Under the pieces are notes generated by a model, which saw only the letters and a list, made by a program, of their open reading frames with translations, was not told the DNA's origin and made no database searches. From NCBI GenBank assembly GCA_046590555.1, contig JBKJUN010000556.1, positions 1 through 42,891 on the forward strand: a stretch of DNA of 42,891 nt. Direction: 5' to 3'. Source of the stretch: Bryobacter sp. (GTDB lineage Bacteria; Acidobacteriota; Terriglobia; Bryobacterales; Bryobacteraceae). Below, one piece after another: positions 37,701 to 42,891 of the stretch. The translations under genes and the position numbers were made by a program. Position 1 is the first letter of the stretch; the number at the start of each line of letters is the position of its first letter.

Positions 37701-38676
37701 CGAACTCGACCAGTTGGAATCTCCCTCACTTCAATGGCAGGTCGGAGTCGGCTCGACTTCCGGCTCAGACAGCGGCGTCCCCGCGACCCCGGCTTTCGGC
37801 TTCGCGTTGATTGAAGAAGGGACAGTCTCAATCGGCGGCATCGGCTTCAGTGTCCTCGAAAATCTCAGCTCAGTCTACGTTGGACAACTCGGCATCCTCT
37901 TCTGGGATGAGCTTACGGCCCCCACCCCGGCCAGCCTCGGTGCCGCCATCGCACCTTCAACTACAACCGTTACTCTCGACGGCCTCACAGCGAGTCTTGC
38001 TGAAGGCGATCTCTTTCAAATCGAAGAAGAAATCTTCGAAATCACAGGCGATCCCGCTAGCGGCAACATCTATCCGGTCATACGAGGCCGTTACCAAACC
38101 ACTGCAGTTGCACACGATGCTGCCAAGCCAACCTTCGTGCTCACAAGGCGTGACATGACGATTCCCTTCGTTCCCGGCTACTTCAGCTCAACGGCAGCAG
38201 TAGGCTTCCGCTACAACTTCAGGCTCCCAAACGTCCGCATCTCGGGTGCTGACTTCACCCTCTACAACCGAGTCGGGGCAAGCGCCCGAGCTGAAGAAAG
38301 CTACACCGGCGTAAGCAGCTTCGGCGTTCGCACTCTGTCTGGTGGTCAGATCACCATGAACGTCCAGGGCTATCTCGCCATTGAGGCTTCCGCCGGCAAC
38401 AGCTACATCGTAGACCGCACAACGGTTGTCCGCGATGTCTCGGCCTACGTCCAGGAAGCACCAGTCGGCGACGACATCGAGATCCTGGTTCGATTCAACG
38501 GTAACCCATACTGTGACCTGACAATCCCAGCCGGCAGCAACGTCGCGACAACCGTAAGCAAGTTCAACACTCAAGCCTTGCCACAAGGCGCCAAGATCTC
38601 CTTCGACATCTTGAACGTCCCCTCAGCAGCGCTTGGAACCCCTGGGCGAGACCTCACGGTCCTGCTCCAGATCTGA
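34777..38676 (+). CDS. Fused baseplate hub / central tail tip protein (gpL-like plus gpJ-like)
   Basis: 1299 aa; N-terminal four-Cys motif (C152, C181, C203, C210); VPAVYGT, WSSNPAWILCDIL, AAQFCDELI and HIRPGDLIAL motifs of gpJ-like proteins; beta-rich C-terminal domains. Confidence 0.85.
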   Translation: MSLFELKEQSVVPATALLCEVTLADDTKRYWASARCQDGANNYQARIQPDQLNPWKLTSDVSSENSGQVSVVFADDDGAIAQLFQTGKLIGARVRFAAAVLNDSTVESKTVLLTGLLDTVSELDGKSARLNVLSRLSSIRANFPPMRIQRQCSWAFPSNSEERDLALSSGEDGRYAPVFRCGYSPDKAGGVGNLDGTLLFTSCDYTRKSCEQRGMFSKDSTNRTTQRFSGIEFVPPSILVRGHGESSGRVSNLVSLDTRFNDVVPAVYGTGWLQAPVVFSRNDGNLTRCEVLLGLGEVDSVIKVVADGFEIPEGITGQNMTGTGWFNLVSKGNRTGALNLGLTDAAANPVGDPYASMAYLNLVLPNRINDGKKSPKVEVLIKGIKVPVLDSAGALVSSDWSSNPAWILCDILRRTGWKLDELDLATFVSAAQFCDELIEARDANGTLRQVRRFETSLVLKRRYSVGELLRSLRIGSLLFLYFQPDGKLAIRPETTIAQQQPTKPAGSNAASVLNSGWPTYEFGDGMNQTTGILLKSNMEPDFRIYSKPSQDSPNRVSFEIQDSLNEFQQDSISIADTDDIRLRRQEITQALPAVGVSNFPQAQRICQTWLNKSIAGNVYLEFRTSVRGFHIRPGDLIALSYQRYGFDRTIFRVLEFQFSPRLDVMKVICQLHQDHWYSDNAQIRYDRSRIFAWRTGAARAVCGTLIDGFDASEQLAIDSDGVQKCALRIPFRKPQPELGASGGVPLVSFAYTVQSTGGTLPQGSYFYGLTTIDSSGVESGLSSLIPVRIGGLTSTNRVTLSGISVASSAVSLNLYRGASPHRLLRIATGLTVADTVSDTGATPEAQIPPDSNYSRLRSWFRQTFLVDQTPTSWTTTSITRTALNLVVDRWIGKKVVIRAGKGMGQERVITANTAESIMIERPWDVVPNATSKFAIVETTWALAAESDTDIITVMLPLFTASTFEISLRSVGKDNLELDQLESPSLQWQVGVGSTSGSDSGVPATPAFGFALIEEGTVSIGGIGFSVLENLSSVYVGQLGILFWDELTAPTPASLGAAIAPSTTTVTLDGLTASLAEGDLFQIEEEIFEITGDPASGNIYPVIRGRYQTTAVAHDAAKPTFVLTRRDMTIPFVPGYFSSTAAVGFRYNFRLPNVRISGADFTLYNRVGASARAEESYTGVSSFGVRTLSGGQITMNVQGYLAIEASAGNSYIVDRTTVVRDVSAYVQEAPVGDDIEILVRFNGNPYCDLTIPAGSNVATTVSKFNTQALPQGAKISFDILNVPSAALGTPGRDLTVLLQI

Positions 38677-38706
38677 CCTCAGCGCATCTGCCCGATACTA
38701 GGAAGC

Positions 38707-39867
38707 GTGATCTCTGTTCAGAATGTATCCAAGCGATACATCACGCAGCCTGGCTTCTGGCGAGGCCGTAGCCCGCACGAAGCCGAGGCCCAGAATGAAT
38801 TCTGGGCCTTGCGAAACGTATCTTTCGATGTCCCGCGCGGCGAGGTCTTTGGCCTCGTCGGCCCCAACGGCGCCGGCAAGTCAACCCTCCTGCAAATCCT
38901 CTCTGGCATCCTCCAACCCACCGAAGGCCGCGTCCTTACCCAGGGTCGCATCAGCGCCCTCCTCGAACTCGGTGCCGGCTTCAACCTCGAATTCACAGGC
39001 AGAGAAAACGTCCGCCTCAACGCCGAACTCCTCGGTCTCTCCCGCAAAGAAATCGACGCCGCTATCCCGGAGGTCGAAGCCTTCGCCGAACTCGACCGCT
39101 TCTTCGATCGCCCTGTTCGCGAATACTCAACCGGCATGTACGTCCGCCTCGCTTTCTCGGCCGCGATTCACCAACATCCAGAAACTCTCGTAGTCGATGA
39201 AGCCCTCGCCGTAGGAGACGCCCGCTTCGCCAACAAGTGCATCCGCCGTCTTGAAGAACTCAAAGCGCAAGGCACCACCATTCTCTTCGTCTCTCACGAT
39301 CTCGGAATCGTCAAGCGCCTCTGCAATCGTGCCGCCCTCCTCTGGCAAGGCCAACTCGTAACCCTAGGCACCCCACGCGAGATCTCCGACGAATACACCC
39401 GCCGAGTGCAACTTGACCTCACTCCACTGATAGCCACCAGCACCACCAACAACAATCGAACCCAAATCCTCTCGGCTCACCTCCACCACCCCGCAGGCCC
39501 GCCCCGCACTCAATTCGAGATCAACGACCAGATCACGCTCAGCGCTGAAGTGAAAGTCCAACACCCCAACACACAGTTTCAGTTCGGCCTTCTCATCCGC
39601 AACCGTCAAGGCATCGACATTGCCGGCACCAACTCGCAAATCGAAAACTGCCCCATCACCGCCGACGGCCCCGCAACCGTTCATATCTCCTTCACCTTCA
39701 CCTGCCACTTCACCAGAGGCGACTACACCGTAACGCTTGCCACTCAAGATCCAGACGGCACCCGTCAGGACTGGCGCGACGACTTCCTCGAATTCCGCGT
39801 CGAAGACCGTCGTGACTTCGCCGGATCTACGTGGCTAAATGGTAACTTTGAATGGATAATCCGATGA
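38707..39867 (+). CDS. wzt: Polysaccharide ABC exporter ATP-binding subunit with C-terminal Wzt_C domain
   Basis: FWALRNVSF, GPNGAGKST, ALLELGAGF, YSTGMYVRLAF and VDEALAVGD motifs. Confidence 0.9.
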   Translation: MISVQNVSKRYITQPGFWRGRSPHEAEAQNEFWALRNVSFDVPRGEVFGLVGPNGAGKSTLLQILSGILQPTEGRVLTQGRISALLELGAGFNLEFTGRENVRLNAELLGLSRKEIDAAIPEVEAFAELDRFFDRPVREYSTGMYVRLAFSAAIHQHPETLVVDEALAVGDARFANKCIRRLEELKAQGTTILFVSHDLGIVKRLCNRAALLWQGQLVTLGTPREISDEYTRRVQLDLTPLIATSTTNNNRTQILSAHLHHPAGPPRTQFEINDQITLSAEVKVQHPNTQFQFGLLIRNRQGIDIAGTNSQIENCPITADGPATVHISFTFTCHFTRGDYTVTLATQDPDGTRQDWRDDFLEFRVEDRRDFAGSTWLNGNFEWIIR

Positions 39868-41045
39868 GTTCTCCTTCTCTCATACAAACGATCCAGCAGA
39901 CCCTGCGAAATCTCGACATCGACGCCTGGCTCTTCTTCGATCACCACCACCGCGACCCTATCGCCTACCAGGTCCTCAATCTCGAACTCAACCAGATGGC
40001 CACCCGTCGCTGGTACTATCTGATCCCCAAAGAAGGCGAACCCCAGCTTCTCGTCCACCGCATCGAATCAAAAATACTCGATTCCCTCCCCGGCCAGAAG
40101 CACGTCTACTCCGGCTGGCGGACGCATCACGAAGGTCTCGCCACACTCCTCTTCGGTCTCAAGCGCATCGCCATGCAATACTCGCCTGGTTGCGCGATCT
40201 TCTACGTCTCGATGGTTGACGCTGGCACGATCGAACTCATTCGCTCCTTCGGCCCCGAGATCGTCTCATCAGCCGACCTCGTCCAGATCTTCAACGCCAC
40301 CCTCACACAGGCCCATATCGATTCCCACCTCGCCGCCGGCGTCAAGATGGACGCCCTCCGCAAGGCCGCCTTCACTGAAGTTTCCTCAGCGCTGGCCGGC
40401 AATCGAACCCTAACCGAATACCAACTCCAGTGCTGGGTTCGCGCAGGCATGGAGCGAGAAGGCCTCTTCACCGACCACGGCCCGATCGTAGCCGTCAACG
40501 CCCACGCCGCAGACCCGCACTACGAACCAAGCGAGGCCTCCGCACTCCCTATCCGTCCCAACGATTTCCTTCTCCTCGACATGTGGGCCAAGCTCACCAC
40601 CCCCGGTGCCGTCTATTACGACATCACCTGGACTGGCTTCTGTGGCACCGCTGTCCCCACCGAGATGGACAACGTCTTCAGCATCGTCGCCGCCGCACGA
40701 GACGCTGCCTTCAACAGGGCAAAGACGGCCAGAGAGCAATCCATCACGCTCCACGGCTTTGAAGTCGACGACGCCGCACGCGAAGTCATCACGGCCGCAG
40801 GCTACGGCGACTACTTCATCCACCGCACAGGACACTCCATCACGCAAGACATCCACGGCACCGGCGCCAACATGGACAACCTCGAAACCCACGATGTCCG
40901 CCAGGTCATGCCCAACACGATCTTCTCGGTAGAGCCCGGAATCTACCTCGAACACTTCGGTCTGCGCTCAGAATTCGACGTCCTCGCAAAGGCCTCCACC
41001 GCAATCGTCACTGGCGAAATCCAGCAATCTCTGATAAGGCTATAA
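39864..41045 (+). CDS. M24 family aminopeptidase P-like metallopeptidase
   Basis: PHY, LLDMW, YYDITW, FIHRTGHS and FSVEPGIY..FGLRSE metal ligands; ATGA overlap with wzt. Confidence 0.9.
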   Translation: MSSPSLIQTIQQTLRNLDIDAWLFFDHHHRDPIAYQVLNLELNQMATRRWYYLIPKEGEPQLLVHRIESKILDSLPGQKHVYSGWRTHHEGLATLLFGLKRIAMQYSPGCAIFYVSMVDAGTIELIRSFGPEIVSSADLVQIFNATLTQAHIDSHLAAGVKMDALRKAAFTEVSSALAGNRTLTEYQLQCWVRAGMEREGLFTDHGPIVAVNAHAADPHYEPSEASALPIRPNDFLLLDMWAKLTTPGAVYYDITWTGFCGTAVPTEMDNVFSIVAAARDAAFNRAKTAREQSITLHGFEVDDAAREVITAAGYGDYFIHRTGHSITQDIHGTGANMDNLETHDVRQVMPNTIFSVEPGIYLEHFGLRSEFDVLAKASTAIVTGEIQQSLIRL

Positions 41046-41047
41046 AT

Positions 41048-41473
41048 ATGAAAACGATCCTGCTCACCTTGATAGCAGCCCTCGGTCTCTTCGCTGAAGA
41101 CGGCCTCCCCAAAGACGGCAAGAAGTATCACGTCATCTTCGAGATGTCCGCCGGCGAACAACCCCGCCTCGAAGGTATCATCCGCAACATCGACAACCTC
41201 AAGATCGCCCTCGGCGCTGAGAACGTCACAGTGGAACTCGTCCTCCACGGCGGCGCAATCCTCTCCTTCGCCAAAGACAAGACAACCTTGGCCTCAGAGT
41301 GGGATCGCCTCGCTAAATCCGGCGTCACCCTCCTCGCCTGCAACAACTCTTTGAAGATGCGCAACATCCCCAAAGATACGCTGCTCCCCAACATCAAGGT
41401 CGTCGATTCAGCAGTAGCCGAACTCGTCCGCAAGCAGCACGACGGCTGGCAGTACATCCGCAACGCGAACTAA
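41048..41473 (+). CDS. Exported DsrE family protein
   Basis: Signal peptide; VELVLHGGAI, LLACNNSL and AVAELVRKQHDGWQYI motifs. Confidence 0.85.
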   Translation: MKTILLTLIAALGLFAEDGLPKDGKKYHVIFEMSAGEQPRLEGIIRNIDNLKIALGAENVTVELVLHGGAILSFAKDKTTLASEWDRLAKSGVTLLACNNSLKMRNIPKDTLLPNIKVVDSAVAELVRKQHDGWQYIRNAN

Positions 41474-42694
41474 CTAAATCCCCACCAGCATCGCCAAGAG
41501 AAGCGCCGCCATCTGCGGCGCTTTATACGCTTCTTCGCCCTCTTCAAACCACTCATCAATTGAGTGCGCATTAGGGCTCTTCCCACCCCCGCCAATCGTC
41601 ACTGCAGGAATCCCCATGCTCATCGGTATGTTGGAATCCGTACTCCCGCTCCCCGTAGCAAACATCGGAATCCCCAACATCTTAGCCGCTGCCATCGCCT
41701 TCTGAACGATCGGCGAATCATCACTCGGTGCTGCCGCCGGACGTAACCCCATCGTCTTGATCTCAAGCTCCAGCGGAGCCTTGCTATCCGGCCAACGCTT
41801 CTTCTCCGCCTCAAGCCCAAACAACAAAGCCGCCTTCAACCGCTCATCCAGCACTGCCAATTCCTGAGGAGACTCACTCCGAAGATCCAGCTCCATGCTT
41901 ACCTCAATGGGCACTGAGTTCACACTCGTCCCGCCCGTCACCGTGCCGACATTAAACGTAGTCCGGGGATTCTGCGGCACTTCAATATCGGCGATCCGCG
42001 CAATCGCCCGGCCCATCGCATGAGCCGGATTCGGCATCCCAAACGCACCGTAGCTATGGCCACCGCGACCCTTATAAGTCACCTTGTAGCGATTACTCCC
42101 CACCCCACGCGAAGTCACCTTGAATCCCGTCCCATCCACCGAGATGAAAGCATCCACCTGCCCTTTCAACTCCTTGGTAAAAAGATGACGCACCCCGCGC
42201 AAATCCCCCTGCCCCTCCTCGCCGACAGTCGCGATAAACAACACCGTCCCCTTCGTCTTCACCTGCGCCTCGCGATAAGACTTAGCCACGGCCAGTACAA
42301 CAGCCAACCCACGACAATCATCCCCAATCCCCAACCCATGCAGCCGCTTACCTTCCGGGCGAACCTTCACGTCCATCCCGGCAGGAAACACGGTATCGAG
42401 ATGCGCACTTATGACTATGAGAGGCTTCGGCGCACTAGCCCCCGGCAGCCGGCTGATCACATTCCCCTCGCTATCGGTGCGAATGTCCACCATCCCCAAA
42501 GCCGCCAGCCGCTTGGCATATTCCTTGCCCCGCTCGGCCTCACCAAAAGGAGGTGCCGCAATCTCGCAGATTGAAACCTGCTGCGACATGGTCCAGGCAT
42601 TATTCACCCGGATCGCCTCCACCGCTGCATTCACCCGTGCATCCTGGCCAAAGGCCACAAGCCCACTCACCACCATCAGCAACAGCATCTTCAT
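41474..42694 (-). CDS. Exported M20/M25/M40 family peptidase
   Basis: SAHLDTVF, GIGDDCRG, VGEEGQGDL, GGHS, STDSN and HSIDE motifs; signal peptide from the ATG at 42694. Confidence 0.9.
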   Translation of the reverse strand: MKMLLLMVVSGLVAFGQDARVNAAVEAIRVNNAWTMSQQVSICEIAAPPFGEAERGKEYAKRLAALGMVDIRTDSEGNVISRLPGASAPKPLIVISAHLDTVFPAGMDVKVRPEGKRLHGLGIGDDCRGLAVVLAVAKSYREAQVKTKGTVLFIATVGEEGQGDLRGVRHLFTKELKGQVDAFISVDGTGFKVTSRGVGSNRYKVTYKGRGGHSYGAFGMPNPAHAMGRAIARIADIEVPQNPRTTFNVGTVTGGTSVNSVPIEVSMELDLRSESPQELAVLDERLKAALLFGLEAEKKRWPDSKAPLELEIKTMGLRPAAAPSDDSPIVQKAMAAAKMLGIPMFATGSGSTDSNIPMSMGIPAVTIGGGGKSPNAHSIDEWFEEGEEAYKAPQMAALLLAMLVGI

Positions 42695-42724
42695 ATGGAA
42701 ACTAGCATAAGCTAAGCTACAGAC

Positions 42725-42891
42725 ATGGCCACTCCAGTTCTCACATCGCCCGAAGAATATCTGAAGACAACCTACAACGATCTCGACCGCGAATTTGTTC
42801 ACGGTGAGATTCTGGAGCGCTTGAAGCCCACCATCCTCCACGGCAGAATCCAGGCACTCTTGGGCTATCTATTTGAATTGCTTCGTCGTCA
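42725..42891 (+). CDS. Uma2 (DUF820) family endonuclease-like protein, partial
   Basis: Not in the ORF track. Manual translation MATPVLTSPEEYLKTTYNDLDREFVHGEILERLKPTILHGRIQ fits the EEYL...E.V.G.I.E....H..IQ N-terminal pattern. Confidence 0.8.
   Translation, partial: MATPVLTSPEEYLKTTYNDLDREFVHGEILERLKPTILHGRIQALLGYLFELLRR

Larger units (their letters stand above)
26922..38676 (+). mobile_element. Phage-derived head-tail structural operon without terminase, integrase, replication or lysis genes; candidate gene transfer agent-like element
   Basis: 11 co-directional intact genes in siphovirus order with overlaps or 1-21 nt gaps (except the post-capsid terminator), flanked directly by host ribBA and wzt. 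Confidence 0.85.

Noticed and set aside
26922-38676. Contractile injection system, tailocin, encapsulin or complete prophage
   Set aside because: No sheath or wedge genes, and a head is present (not eCIS or tailocin); portal, scaffold and tail are present (not encapsulin); no replication, integration, packaging or lysis genes (not an autonomous prophage). A recently truncated prophage is disfavoured but not excluded.

Overview
Bacterial chromosomal window, most likely from an Acidobacteriota genome of Bryobacteraceae/Solibacter type (inferred from protein families and gene order). The left two thirds are housekeeping: greA (partial), a secreted S8 protease, pirin, xerD plus a CCA/poly(A)-type nucleotidyltransferase, cstA, a decayed M24 peptidase pseudogene, the mreBCD-mrdA-rodA-rne operon, tRNA-Ser(GGA) and a frameshifted ribBA/ribBX gene. 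The main discovery is an intact, tightly packed 11.8-kb operon (26922-38676) that encodes only virion structure: portal, scaffold, major capsid, head-tail adaptor, tail completion, tail tube, tail assembly chaperone, a very short (201 aa) tape measure, two paralogous distal-tail proteins and a 1299-aa hub/tail-tip protein. The chaperone carries an unannotated programmed -1 frameshift (A AAA AAC plus a hairpin) that adds a Cys-rich extension. The operon has no terminase, integrase, repressor, replication or lysis gene and no att repeats, and it sits directly between host genes. It is a candidate domesticated gene transfer agent (GTA)-like particle of a type distinct from RcGTA. The right end holds wzt, an M24 peptidase, a DsrE-like protein, an M20 peptidase and the start of a Uma2 gene. 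All protein assignments come from recognising motifs and synteny by eye; no database search was run.
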